Source: the human T2T-CHM13v2.0 reference genome, Homo sapiens | Strand: one strand, 5' to 3' | NCBI RefSeq assembly: GCF_009914755.1 | Contig: NC_060931.1 | Length of the DNA: 64,000 nt | Shown: positions 15,199 to 30,894 of the stretch, piece by piece | Layout: every line of letters starts with the position of its first letter | How positions within the stretch are numbered: position 1 is the stretch's first letter | Notes under the pieces: generated by a model | Seen by the model: only the letters and a program-made list of their open reading frames with translations | Databases searched by the model: none | Told to the model about the DNA's origin: nothing | Position numbers and translations under genes: made by a program

Positions 15199-16574
15199 CT
15201 AGGGTCCTTTCTAAAATTTCCTCTGATATTCCTCACACTTTCAAATGATTTCTCCTTTCTTCCCACTCCAGCCACAGACTGCTAGGAAGTACAGTATTTT
15301 TTCTTTTGGAAGAAAAAGTAAATGGGAAGGCACAGGATTTTTATTAATGCTGTTACTGATTTTAAAATAAGCTAAGAATGTGCCGTCAATCCAGTTGGCT
15401 GCTCCCTGCCGCCCACGGAGCCTGTAATCACTGCCTTACAGCTCACGAGAACAATGGCAACACAAGCAAACCACATCTGCATTTCCACATTCTGAGCAGC
15501 AGGTCCCTGAAATAGAGGCAGGGTACGGGAAATTATAGGACTTCAGTGAAACTGTAGGATTGCTGGGATTCCCACAGGCGCCCAGCCCTGGCTCGGGGAA
15601 TATTTGAGTGTGGGAACTACCCTAGCATCTCTGCACTTACAGGAGAACCAGGGGATTCACCCGTCATGAGAGCAGAGCTCCTATACCCTGGCATCCTGCG
15701 CCCCAGGCACCCGAGGGATCCTGGGAAAACCCAAAGCTATGTGGCTAAAACTCCTGCTTTGGGGCTCAGGGTTCAGGGGGTACGCTAGACTCCTCTCCCC
15801 ATTCGATTCTTGCATTTGGCAGACGAGTCACCCGGGCAGTGGGATGAGGATGGCACCAACAGAGTCAACAGAAGGAAGACGGCTCTGGCCGGGCCCCAGG
15901 GAGGGAGGCAGCGGTCAGGACAGTGGTCTTTGTGGGGCCTGGGAGGTGTGGATGCTGGGAGGGATGTGGGGGTGGTCCTGGATGACTGTTGTTCTTTCTG
16001 GACCTGGGAAGTGGTTACATGGGCGTGTCCACTTCATGATAATTTGATTTTTTGTCTTTTTTTAAAATGTTTGCTATCCATCAAAATTTGAAAAAGCTCC
16101 CAGGGCTTTGGTAACTCCCTGTGGGGCAGAGAGAGTCCACAGAATGTCAAGGCTGGATTTTCTGCCAGGCTGGAAGGAGGAGGGCTCAGGGTTGTATTTG
16201 ATTTGTTTAGGAGATGGAAAGAAACTGGCCATGTCTTACACAAGGGAAAATAGTTGTTTTCCCAACATCTGGGGTCTCGAAGGCACTCGAGAAGTGATTA
16301 CTTTGGGGGGTTTCTGCTTCTCCTGGCAGGCTGAGCTGTTCTGGCTGGGAGGCCTCACTTGTCTCCCCGTCCACACTGCTGGCCCGTGGGGTCTCGCGAT
16401 GGCTGATGCTGATGTATGGGAAAGCCACGCACCCCAAGAGACTCCATCCTCCCAGTAAGCACTCCATGGAGGAAAGAGAGAGGTGGTAATCAATAAACTT
16501 GAGTCATTATTGATATTAGTTGTATTGAACATTTACCACGTGGCAAGCAGGGGTGCCGGGGAAAAAACGACTAA

Positions 16575-16885
<311 letters not shown>

Positions 16886-17094
16886 AAGGAAGGTATTTTT
16901 ATTGGCCACAATTAACAGATGAAAAAGGCGAAGATCCAGGTGTGTTTGGAACTTGGGCCAGGTTAGGGGGTTACACAGGCTCAAGAACTGCCTTTCACTT
17001 GTTTAGATTCAGTCAAGACCAGAACAAAGAGAAACACGGAGATTTCTGTCCAGGAGTGGGCCTTCAGGGACTGCATAGCTTCTCAGTGCTCGAC

Positions 17095-17325
17095 TTGCGT
17101 GATGGGATAAGTGCTCTTAGAGCTCACTCACCCCTTCTGTCATGTGAAGACACAGGGAGATGGCATCATCAATGAACGAGAAAGTGGGCCCTCCCCAGAC
17201 AGCGAATGTCCTGGCACCTTAATCTTGGACTTTCAGCCACTAGAACTGCAAGAAATAAATTTCTGTTGTGTGCGAGCCATCCAGTCCATGGTACTTTGTT
17301 ACAGCAGCCTGAAGGTACTAGCAAG
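17095..17325 (+). mobile_element. MLT1A-like LTR, 3' part
   Basis: GGCACCTTAATCTTGGACTTTCAGCC..AGAAATAAATTTCTGTTG..GGTACTTTGTTACAGCAGCC. Confidence 0.82.
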
Positions 17326-17348
17326 CCTTAAGAAAAGTATCAGAAAAT

Positions 17349-17757
<409 letters not shown>

Positions 17758-18339
17758 TCACAGTAGCCCACTGTGCATGCTGCTTGCCACACACCTGACA
17801 GTGTCAGTCTTGGTAGGTGGTGTTGGGGGTATGTCAAGGGCTCCCCGTGACCTCCAAGATGTAGCCACTTCTGGCCCTCACCCACTGCCCTTCCAGACGC
17901 GTCTCCCAGCTAGCCCTGCACCCCCTGCTCTGAGCACCTCATCTTGCAGACACGGACACCTTCCCCTTGATCTCCTCTGTTCCTTTGGCGCTGCTGCTCT
18001 GCTGCCTGGCTGCCTTTTCCCATCTATGAATAGCGTAATTAGATTCTCCTGTAATGAAGTGAGTGGGACTTTGGAGGCCTCCATTCCCATTTTGTCCCTG
18101 TCCTGACTTCCTCACATCCCCTCCGGGACTGTCCCTCTATGTGACCTTTGGCCTTCAAGCTTCTTGCCATTGCATCTTCGCTCAACCTGTGCCTTCTCTC
18201 TGGAATGCCTCTCCCACCTTCTCTGTGCATCAAGGCCTTATTTACTCCCGAACTCAGCCTGCAGGATTCTACATAGAATTAAACTTCCCTCCTCTGGAGG
18301 CCTGTGTACTTGCTGATTGAATTAGTCAAGTGTCTTTGG

Positions 18340-18874
<535 letters not shown>

Positions 18875-19194
18875 TTATCTCCTTGTGTTCTAGTTGGTTT
18901 TTACCCTTTTGTATGTACCCCAATCCCAGACCCCCACAATGACAGCTACCCGAGAGCAGAAGCCATATTCATGTTTACATTCCCAGTGCCTTATCTATGG
19001 GTTGGTACAAGGGAGGTTCCCCCAAATGTGGCTGGTGAATGGGTGGCTTTGTTCCAGGCCATTGATGCACCCTCCATGGCTGAATGGAAATTAGAATCCC
19101 CACCTGAGTTACCTCAGATATTCCCATTTCTAGATTACAGGAAAAGTTCCCGTGCTCTTAGGAAAAGGAAGCTCATAGTCACCAGGAAGTATAC

Positions 19195-19350
19195 CTAGTA
19201 CTTTCATGGATGCTATTCAGTTTAACCTTCTCCTAAATGCCTGCTCTTATTGTGCAGGTAAGGAAACAACTTCAGAGAAGTTAAGCAACTTGCCCAGGCC
19301 ACACAGCTATTCACCAAAGAGGTAATATTTGAGTTCAGGGCTGGGTGCCC
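19195..19350 (-). mobile_element. MIR (antisense core)
   Basis: GGAAACAACTTCAGAGAAGTTAAGCAACTTGCCCAGGCCACACAGCTA. Confidence 0.85.
19258..19321 (+). CDS. Candidate 64-nt MIR-derived exon, (G)KETTSEKLSNLPRPHSYSPK(R)
   Basis: Pyrimidine-rich tract ending TGTGCAG before 19258; donor AAGAG|GTAATA at 19321/19322; stop-free and in frame with the downstream ORF. No transcript data available. Confidence 0.45.
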
Positions 19351-19471
19351 CTAAGCCAGCACACCTTCTTACTTGTTACTCATTTGTAAATTCCATGGTG
19401 GGTGGAGGATATATCCTGGAGAGGGTATTGAGTGGTTCGGGATTTACTAAAACCCCTCTTGCTTTACACAG

Positions 19472-19793
19472 AGCTGATGCTGAGTCTTTCAGAGGAGTGC
19501 CTGCAGCATTTAAAAAATGCAGAGAAGTGTTCAGAGCCTGCTGGGGAAGCAGGGAGCTGCTATTTCTGTTCAAGGCAATCAGTGAGGCTGGACCTGCCCA
19601 GAATTCATGTGGAATCACCCTAGAGAAGGCTGGTGGCTTGGAAGACACTGGATCTCACTGGCTCAGCTGGGCACGGTGCAAGGTGCTATACATAAATGGT
19701 TTCACTGACCCCTGGAAGGATGCTCAGGCCTGGATACTCATTGTGAGCTGCAAAAAAGGAAAGGGGACCCCTGAGAGGGAAGGCAGGAACTAG
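19472..19793 (+). CDS. Candidate terminal coding exon, 106 aa (ADAESFRGVP...PEREGRN*), no recognisable domain
   Basis: Acceptor CCCCTCTTGCTTTACACAG ends at 19471, with TTACTAA upstream as a possible branch point; part of ORF 19329..19793 in non-repeat sequence. Confidence 0.45.
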
Positions 19794-20821
19794 GGCTCAT
19801 GGCCAGAGGTGTGGAGCTGCATTGAAATCTCTTGAGTGGGATGCCCATGCTTCCCCACCAGATCCCAGAAACTCAACGTAGTGTCCTGATGTCCTGACTG
19901 GCTCTGCAGAAGCCCAGGTGTCACTCCGGGTGAGTGGGCTCAGATCCTCCACGGTCTACATCCTCCAGGCACTCTGGGCATCCCCGTCCTCTGGGTGGGG
20001 ACAGCTTTCTAGCTGTGCTGGGTGAGGGTGATTATAGCCAGCAATCCTGGCTGGGCCTTCGTTCTTGATCCCCGGTAAAGGCAGGGGCTACAGGGTGCCC
20101 TGGTGCACAGAGGCTCACTGGCTGCTCAAGGTCTCCTCCCACAACCATCTACATCCTGACTCAGCGCTGAATTGTGATGCTCTGGAGGACAAGGCTGGTG
20201 CTCCCACAGTGTGTACCTGCCTTCCTGGAGGCCAGGATGCCAAGAACTGCCTCCTAGCCACCCGCTTCTTCCAGGCCCTTAGAACTCCAGCCAGAGGGCT
20301 GCCTGTAGGGCCTGCTTCTGTGCAGCTGCTCAGAGCAGTGACAGCACTCCTTACCCCGTCCCTGTCTACCCCACAAGTGCTGCCTGCTTACTTGGGTCGT
20401 GTCCATGCTGGCCTCTGCTCTTGGGGCCTGGGGAGCCAGAGCCACCAAGGACGGACAGGCCAGACTCAGGAAGCAGCCTGTGGTGGGGCAGCCCACCTAC
20501 ACTCGCCCCTCCCTTGAGCCTTCTCACCCGGCAGCATCCCTGCTGGATGCAGGTTCCCTCCATGCCTCCACCCAGGGGCATCCCCACCCCTCATTGCGAC
20601 CGTCTCCAGAGCCCTTCCTTCCCTGCACCATCCCTGCTCCTTCATCTCCTGCCCTTTGCCTGCCCTACCTGTCGCCTCAGCAGGCACTCACATGGGCACA
20701 TCTTGGCCTCCCTCCTGAGGGCCCTGCCCAGACCAGCCAAAGGAAGGCAACCTCAGGCGGCACCAGGCAGTGACTGGGCAGTGGGGACAAGGACCACAAT
20801 GCCCGTGGCTGTAGGTGTCAT

Positions 20822-20842
20822 GGGTTGGGGAGGGGGTGTGGG
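20822..20842 (+). other. Canonical G-quadruplex motif in the candidate 3' UTR
   Basis: GGGTTGGGGAGGGGGTGTGGG. Confidence 0.6.
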
Positions 20843-21141
20843 TTCCTGGACCTTTGCCCTGGTCCTGGGGTGGGCAGGTGGGGTTCCTGGTTGACCCTGC
20901 ACACAGCCTCCGGGGTGGTCTCCAGAGGACTGTGCAGTGGGGGCAGCCAGTGGCAGCCTAAAGAGTGCAGGATGGGGGTGGGGGGTGCCCACTGAAACAA
21001 ATGCTCAAGAGCAGCTGGTTATGGCAGGACTTTAAGTATATATTCCTGTACATCTTTTCAAACATATACACAAAGCAATTCACATTTTCATATACTGGAA
21101 AGGCAGGCTAACTTTTCATTTTCCTGCAACATGTGCATAGT

Positions 21142-21147
21142 AATAAA
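21142..21147 (+). terminator. Candidate polyadenylation signal AATAAA
   Basis: AATAAA after ~1.35 kb of putative UTR, with TGTA at 21047; it lies in the A-rich Alu target site, so it may be incidental. Confidence 0.4.
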
Positions 21148-21154
21148 AAATTCT

Positions 21155-21563
<409 letters not shown>

Positions 21564-22605
21564 TTACCGAGGGAGAAATTTTACCACCTCTTGTTTCAGG
21601 CCAGTTCAGGCAGGTGTACATTGTCTCAGAAGGGAGATATTTCTTTCGTCTGATACTGGAGAGTCACCAGAGTCGCCAGACAACAGGACAGGACACTCAT
21701 CTTGCCCACAGGCTAGGTTTGCTGGATGTCACTAGGTTTGCCAGACACCAACTCTTGTCAGAGTTATTCCATTTGCCTGTTTGGAAAAGGCAGCCTTCAC
21801 CCCTGCATTCCTAGCTCCTGGGCTGACGGCCTGCCTGACATCTGAGGGTAGTGGAGTGAGGTTGGCACTTGCCCTGCGCTGAGAGTGGAGGGGAGATAAT
21901 GGTTTAGGTGGGAAAGTACAGCCCCTCCAGCTTCAGGGATCAGCTCACAGCAGGGGGAAAAGTCCTAGAGGAAGACTGGGGTGGGGCATGTCTGCTCACT
22001 CACAAAAGCAGATTCATTATTACAGGGCCTTTAAAGAGGGATGTGTGTGGGTAGATGGGATCCTCACCGAGGTGTGACCTGCTTTTTCTAGTGTTTGCGA
22101 GGATGTCTCATTAACCTGCAGGAAAGTGCTGGTTTCAATTCGATGGTTTGTTTTCTGTTCTGTTTCCTTTCTGTTACAAACACAAAGGGTACATTAAAGA
22201 GCCTTTCCCCATCATCTTGTTTTTTAAAAAATATTTTTTTACTTGTTAGAGTTTATTTTAATTATGGAAAGAATTCAAATCCATAGCAACACATAGCTAA
22301 TGACAAACAATTCCGAAAACATTTTAGGAAGAGCAACACATTGACTTTTCCTTTTTGAAACGTGTAAGAAGGTGTTCATTATTGCAGTGCCCTGCTTATG
22401 CCTCAAGACTTGCTTAGTGCTGTCCTCCAAGAATACCGCTCTGTCCCCTTCAGGATGGACAGGGCCCCACTGTCGTTCCCCTCCTACGTCCTTCATAAAA
22501 CTCATCAAGTAATGTTTTCACATGGCCCTCTCCCTCCCAGATATGAGCAAGGAACTCATCTGCTGAGCTCACATCCAGAAACGAAGATATCAGTTAAAAC
22601 AAATA

Positions 22606-22920
22606 GGCTGGATGTGGTGGCTCACGCCTGTAATTCCAGCACTTCAGGAGGCCGAGGCGCTCAGATCACCTGAGGTCAGGAGGAGTTCGAGAACAGCCTG
22701 GCCACCATGGTGAAACCCCATCTCTACTAAAAATACAAAAATTAGCCAGCGTGGTGGCATGCACCTGAAATCTTAGCTACTCATGAGGCTGAGGCACAAG
22801 AATCCCTTGAACTCGGTAGGCGGAGGTTGCAGTGAGCCAAGATCGCACCACTGCATTCCAGCCTGGGCGACAGAGCAAGACTCCGTCTCAAAATAAAAAA
22901 AAAAAAAAGAAAGAAAGAAA
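22606..22920 (+). mobile_element. AluSx-like
   Basis: Sense Alu. Confidence 0.93.
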
Positions 22921-23301
22921 ATTTGTGCATAGTCAGACTTATTAAATTTAGGAACTGCATAATCATGAAGACTGTATCCCAAGAAAATTAAATGGCTGGC
23001 CAATTTGATGAACCATTTCCTGAGCTTGGTCAATTGAATATAAACAGTGGTGCTTTCTCAGCATAAACATTCTAAATGTGGATAGGAAGTGTGCTGTGCA
23101 GGACGGACAGATTATTCTTTTAACTAGATACATCTGGAGAGTCCCTTGGTCATTCCATGAATTTGTAGGGAAAAGACCTTCCTGACCAGGAGACCAATTC
23201 TTCTTGGCCAAATTGGGCATGATGCCAGCCTATAACATCGTCAAACACAGCAGAAGATTCAGAGAGAGGCAAATTAAAAGTGATAAGGAGCTATCCATTT
23301 T

Positions 23302-23305
<4 letters not shown>

Positions 23306-23380
<75 letters not shown>
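23306..23380. repeat. Compound microsatellite (TA)n(CA)n(GA)n replacing an Alu tail
   Basis: Seen directly. Confidence 0.96.
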
Positions 23381-23659
23381 CAGATGGAGTCTCACTCTGT
23401 TGCCCAGGCTGGAGTGCGGTGGCATGATCTTGGCTCACTGCAATCTCTGCCTCCCGGGATCAAGCAGTTCTCTGCCTCAGCCTCCCGAGTAGCTGGGATT
23501 ACAGGTGCCTGCCACCACACATGGCTAATTTTTGTATTTTTAGTAGAGACGGGGTTTCAATATTTTGACTAGGCTAGTCTTGAACTTCTGATCTCGTGAT
23601 CCACCTGCCTCGGCCTCCCAAAATGCTGGGATTACGGGCGTGAGCCACTGTGCCCAGCC
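23381..23659 (-). mobile_element. AluSg-like
   Basis: Antisense Alu body. Confidence 0.93.
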
Positions 23660-24978
23660 AACAATGAATCATTTTATGATCAGAGAACAGCAGAGTGATA
23701 AGCAGCAGAGCTAACAGTTCTGTTCCAGAGCCAGGTGTGAGGCTCGGTGTTTGGATTGTCTTACTTCCAAGCCATATGGCATCCTACAAGGTGAGCAAAA
23801 AAGATCTATTTCCACTGTGAAGAAACCGACATTTAAGTAACAAATTAGTAGGAGAAGGAATGAACTTTTGAACATGGGGCTTTCCTTCCCATTTCAGGTC
23901 TCATTCTTTCCATCATGCCACATGCTTTGCAGAGTCTGTGAACTACTAGAAGATGAGTAGCTAACCCGTATGCCTCAGGGTTCATAAAAGTAACAAAGAA
24001 GGGTCTCTTAAATTCCTTAAGAAATACTTTTTCAGGCGTATCGGAATTCATAAATGTGGTAACATCCCATTAAAATGTCAAGCATCTGCTTTTGGTTGAA
24101 ATTGTGTCTAACTTTTTAAATACCAATTGACACCAGCGATTAGTTTTTGGTGAATTGTGTTGCCTCTGGAGATATAGTTTCCAGAGCCACAGCTCAGGTA
24201 TCAAAGTTCCTGAAATGAAATTGATCTAGCTGGGGATCAGGCCAAGCATATTAAAATAGGGTGGCTATGAGGACAGCGAGGTCGGGGGAGGAAGAGGGCA
24301 GAGACGGGCAAGAATATAACTTAGGCCTGACCTTGACTCCCCAAGGCCCCCGATCTGATGTCCCCCTCATGTCTCAGTCTTGCAAGACATTGCCCCAAAA
24401 CACACCCCCAAGCTCCTTTCTTCAGTTTTTAGAAAATTAGCAAATATTGAGCTGGAATAACCATTAGCGACCATCTGGTCCAAACTCATTATCTGAAATT
24501 GGAAGACACTGAAACACAGGGGAAAGAATGACATTTCTGCTGTTCCTGTTGCTGGCTGTGCAGAATACAATGCTTCCTGCATGGACAATAGCAGGAATTA
24601 TTTTACATGGGAAGAAACTGAAGCTCAGCAAGGTTTGCTAATTTTCTCAAGACACTCAAGATGTTCATTTTCCACAGGACAGCCTCTCTGGGTCTCTTCC
24701 AACCTCTCTCTGTCCAATTCTGAGCTGGAGGCTAAGTCTAAGAATGGGACCAAATTCCCTACATAGAAGTGAGATTTTAACCCAGGTCTTTTGGTTTTAG
24801 GGTTTATTCCCTTTTCATTGTCTTTAAAGGATTGCTATAACTGAATAACCTCAACAATAAAATTAGATTCATTTTTAAGGCATTGAAAGATATTTATCTG
24901 AGGAATGCATTTATTTGCTGTTTACTGAAGAACAACTCTAGATGCTAACAGTATCAAGATGACTAAGAGATAGTTCTG

Positions 24979-25323
<345 letters not shown>

Positions 25324-25334
25324 TCAATCCAACA

Positions 25335-26035
25335 AATAGACATTCATCCTATCACTTATTGGTTACTTATTAAATCCTCATGGCATACCAGACATTGTGC
25401 GAAGACACAGGGCTGTCAGACAGAGACTTACAAGAAGCTTAGGGGGAGCAAGCGCTGGGGCACAAGTTACTGTTGCAACAGAGGGAGCTCGTGGTGGGCA
25501 GCATGGGGATACTGGGGCCTCTCTGACTATGGACTGGGCAATGGGAGAGGTCTCAGCAGTCCAGGGACTTCTCAAGGGACATCATCTGACAACATGTGAG
25601 CCAATTGTCCCCGCCTCATTTCTCTCTGCATGTTCCTTTAGAGAAAAAAGAGATGGAATTACACCTACAAAAGTGTTGCAACAAACAGGCTAATTCACCA
25701 AGAAAGACTTTTCTGGGACTTTTCCCTGTCACTTGCACCAGCTCCTAGTGGGAGATAGACCCATATATGGGGCCATGTTGCCCAAATCCGATCACCATCT
25801 GTGGCTCAAGTTCTGTTCTTTGCTGGTCTGAGCAGGTGCTAAAGAGGACTGGAAATTAGAATTTGACAGTACTGAGGAAACTGGGTTTTCCAATTCATTC
25901 TTTCGTCGGTGCATTCATTCATCAGCACTATGAGCAGTTCGCAAGGGTCAGGCATGGACGGATGCCTGGGGATACAGATACAGACGAAAACAGACTGTGC
26001 CCGGGAGAAATGCTTACTCTCATGGGACCAGTGGA
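25335..26035 (-). mobile_element. L2 3'-end fragments (~25335-25500 and ~25895-26035)
   Basis: CATTCATTCA..CCAGACATTGTG / CTGGGGATACAG motifs. Confidence 0.5.
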
Positions 26036-26060
26036 AGGGCTGAGGGGCAATTGTGGTTGA

Positions 26061-26379
<319 letters not shown>

Positions 26380-26987
26380 ACGAGTGCTGCTCTGTTTTCA
26401 AGGAGCCGCCTCTGCCAGCTGCTCCTCTCCAGGCCTTCTCCAACGATCTGCCGACTAAAAGGTGAAAACAACAAAAACAAAAACAAATTTTCCCACAAAA
26501 TCAATTTCTTACATCACAAATTTAATGAGCATGATTATAGCTTGACTGATGGAAAATAAGTAAGCAGGGTCTTCTACCATAATTCATTAGCTAATGCATG
26601 TTATGCATGCATGTATATATGTGTGCCCACTTTGTTCCAGACAGGATTCAAAATCACTTACAAAGGAAAATACGATACTTTAGTTAATTGATTCTCTGGC
26701 TTTTCTTGGAAATTTGCATTCTTCTTTAGAATATAAAGTGCTGGATTGGCAGCAGAAGAAAACGAGAACAGAACCCCCCTTACCTGCTGCAGGGTTTGGA
26801 CAGGCTGCTAGGCCTCAGGTTCTCCTGCTGAATGAACCCTTTGTACCATCTGTGCATAACTGACCGGGGCCAGGAGGAACTATGGAAATGCTGCCTCAGC
26901 CCGAATGTCAATTCTACATTCCAGCAGAATGTCTCAAACATCACATGTACTTTAAGGGAATTCAGTTTTCAACCAGCTCCTACATGA

Positions 26988-27049
26988 CATCCACCTGCCT
27001 TAGCCTCCCAAAGTGCTGGGATTGCAGGCATAAGCCACCGCGCCAGGCC
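26988..27049 (-). mobile_element. Alu 5'-end fragment (~60 bp)
   Basis: ATCCACCTGCCTTAGCCTCCCAAAGTGCTGGGATT. Confidence 0.85.
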
Positions 27050-27560
27050 GAGTGAGCCTTCTTGCACAGTACGTATATTCAGATACAATGAAGGTAGGTT
27101 CATGATAAAAAAAAATGTTGTTTTTCTTTTCTTGCTATTTTTTTTTTGTCATTGGCATATCAACTTTCAGAATGACCTAAACCTTCAAGAATCATACTGT
27201 TAAAAGTCTGTGAAAAATATGAGCCATTCCTGGAATAGTAAGAGTTCAGTTCATGGCAGCGGCTGTGATGATTATTCAGACAGTGCAGTTATGGACTCTA
27301 AAGTGCTGTAATCAAACATGGTTAACTGCAAAGGCGGACCTAGTCCTGCTGCAGTCCTCTGGATTGGTAACTCCAAGGAGCCCAAGGGACCAGTTCTTCT
27401 GGTTTCCCTATGTGGAGACCCGGGGGCCTTGGCCCTTGGCTGAAGGTGGGACATTGATCTCAGCCTTACAGCACAGGCTTTCCCTGACTGGCCTACAAGG
27501 ACACAAGCCATGTTGGTCATTCTCACCCATGAGTCCCTTTTTGATGAGTACTGGGGCCTA

Positions 27561-27900
<340 letters not shown>

Positions 27901-28294
27901 AAGAAGTCTCACTCAAGGAGGTTGCAGCATTATGGTGGCAGGATGAGGTAACCGAGTTAAAGCTGGGATCAGCCTTCCCTGTTGGAGGTACACAGGCCCT
28001 GTAGGACCCCTGGTCTTGAGTCCTTCTCCATTGTCAAACTCAGATACCCTCTTTAAGGCCCAAGTCAAACTTTACCTTAGGGAGAAGGGGCACAGATCTT
28101 CCTAATACCTGAGTGTGAGGCAGACCCTCCCCTTTGCTGCTCCCACAGGGCTTTGTGCTGCCCTCAGGAGCATTCAGCCCTGGAGTCTGCAGAGCTGCTG
28201 TGCGTGTAGCCTCGCTCTCTTGGTTCATGCAGGCATGTAGCCGACCCTCAGCCGAAACACAGAGCCCATTTTCTCCATAAAGAAAAGGTGAGTT

Positions 28295-28697
<403 letters not shown>

Positions 28698-29044
28698 TCA
28701 GGGAGTGGGCTCCAGGGACCACTGAACCTGGGGACCGAGGAAGGGGCAGGGTTTGCCGAAAAGTGAGAGCTGCCCTGGCCTTGCCCAGCTGCGCAAGAGG
28801 GAGGCTCCAAGCTCTATCTGAGCAGTAGCAAGGAAAGGGCTGGACTGAGCCAATGGGGGTCAGCCTTCTGGCTTTGTTTCACTGTGCAGTTGTTGAGTGC
28901 CTAATGTACACCAGCAACAATTCAGGCCCTTGGGGTGCAGCAATAGGAGATGCTCCTGGAGCCAAGAGGATACCGACGGATCCCCTCCAGGCCAAGTAGT
29001 ACCTGCAGCTAGGTCCATTCAACTAAACCAGATGAGTGTCATCT

Positions 29045-29345
29045 AGGTCTGTTTGTCCCTAGGGCATAGCAGATGCTCAATAAATACTTGCTTAATGAAT
29101 AAAAGTCTCCTAATAAAAATAGTAGTAGGAGCCAACATCATTATTGAGTGCTTCTCTGTATCAGGCATTGTTCTAAACTTCACATGAACTCAATCTTCTT
29201 AACAGCTTTCATGATGAAGGCCGTAGGATCCCAACTTTACCAGTGAGAAAACAGAGGCATGGAAAGCTAGAGGAATTCAGCAAAGGTTATGTAGGAACTA
29301 TCTTAAGGAGTGTGGGAGTGAATTCCAAACCTAGCGTGCTTTATC
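29045..29345. mobile_element. L2 3' end (+) followed by MIR (-)
   Basis: GCTCAATAAATACTTGCTTAATGAAT; TTTATTGAGTGC..GAAAACAGAGGC. Confidence 0.65.
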
Positions 29346-29394
29346 CCGGGCTTGGGTCTGCCCTCGAACCACAGGAGGTAGAAAAAAGGGCACA

Positions 29395-29769
29395 CAGTCT
29401 TCATTTTCCGAGGATGTCATAGCAGGTGCTGCAGGCTGGGTGGCTGAACCCTCAGAAATGAATTTCCTCGCCGTCCTGGAGGCAGCAAGGCAGAGACTAA
29501 GGTGTTGGCAGGTTTGGTTTCTCCTGAGGCATCTCTCCTCGGATGGTAGATAGCTGTCTCCTCCCTCTTCCCTAAGGATGTGTGTGTAAGCCTGTGTCCC
29601 AATCTCCTCTTGTTATAAGGACACCAGTCATTGGATTAAGGCCCACCGTAATGCCTCATTTTACCTTAATTTCCTGGTAAAGGCCCTATCTCCAAAGAAG
29701 GTCACATCCTGAGATTCTGGTTAGGACTTCAGTCTTGGAATTTTGGGTAACACAATTCAGCTGGTGACA
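29395..29769 (-). mobile_element. MLT1B-like solo LTR
   Basis: TATAAGGACACCAGTCATTGGATTAAGGCCCACC..GGTCACAT..ACAATTCAGC. Confidence 0.85.
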
Positions 29770-30336
29770 TTGACACAGCCTGGGGCTGCCCAGTTTTCCC
29801 AGAAGGGGCAGCAGGAATGGGTCAAAAACCCATCACTCATCAAGAAAAACCAGTTCATGTGTTGAGGAACCGTCTTGTCTGCCGTCCTTCAGAATGAGTG
29901 CGCAGTTGTTTTGCTGTTTTCTTGGGAACCAGCTGTGGAACACTGCGCTTCCCTTTCCTTTCTTTTCAAGAACCTTGGTGCCCACCTGGCCTCCTGGAGG
30001 ACACCTTTGTGCAGAGGCTGCCAGAGATGGAACATAGAGATGGGGGAGGGGAGCAGGTGATGCTGGCCCCTGTTGAAAGAAAGTGGGCAAGAGCACGGGT
30101 AGTTATTTCTCCTCTTACAGAAAGGGCTTGCTGAGTTAGGCTTCATGTGGCATTGTGTTCTTTTGAACGTCACTTAAGGCATACATGAAGCGTGTGCACA
30201 TGACACAGCCCAGTGGAGCCAGGGAGTGACTCAGCCTGCTGCCCAACACCCACTGCAAGTTGTTCCTGTGGCTGCCTCTAGCTGTTCCCCAATCTGAAAT
30301 TTGTTTTTCGTTTTCCTTCACTTAAAAAAACTTGTT

Positions 30337-30639
30337 GGCCGGGCTCGGTGGCTCACACCTGTCATCTCAGCACTTTGAAAGGCCAATGAGGGAGGACTGC
30401 TTGAGCCCAGGAGTTTGAGACCAGCCTGGGCAACATAGAGAGACCCTGTCTCTACTAAAAGATAAAAATAAAACAATTAGCCGGCCACGGTGGTGCATGC
30501 CTGTGGTCTCAGCTACTGGGGAAGCTGAGGTGGGAGGACGGCTCAAGTCCGGGAGGTTGAGATTACAGTGAGCCATGATCTCGCCACTGTACTCCAGCCT
30601 GGGCAACAAAGTGAGATCTTTTCTCAAAAAAAAAAAAAA
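30337..30639 (+). mobile_element. AluJ
   Basis: GCTTGAGCCCAGGAGTTTGAG; GAGCCATGATC. Confidence 0.92.
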
Positions 30640-30889
30640 GTTGTAACATGCGTGTATCCCCAAACAATAAATTGCTTAGTCAGGCTTATGTGGGACTTTC
30701 TAGAAATGCTATCACACTTTGTGTTGACTTCTGAGCCTTGCTTTTTTCCCTTCAAGTTTATGTTCCTTTCCCAAGGCTCTCCCAGGCCCAAGGGTCTCTC
30801 ACGCTCTGTAAAACCTGTGCTCAAAGCTTCTCCCCTGAGGCTGTGGGCAGAGACTGGGTGATACTGAAGTAATACAAGTTCTGAGGAAA

Positions 30890-30894
<5 letters not shown>

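Noticed and set aside
19329-19471. N-terminal part of the 154-aa ORF as a single-exon gene
   Set aside because: It begins at TTG inside a MIR; the internal ATG near 19395 has no promoter evidence, and the acceptor at 19471 explains the ORF better
20065-21000. Overlapping 60-157 aa ORFs in GC-rich sequence
   Set aside because: They occur in many frames on both strands with no domain signature; GC-rich non-coding or UTR sequence explains them better
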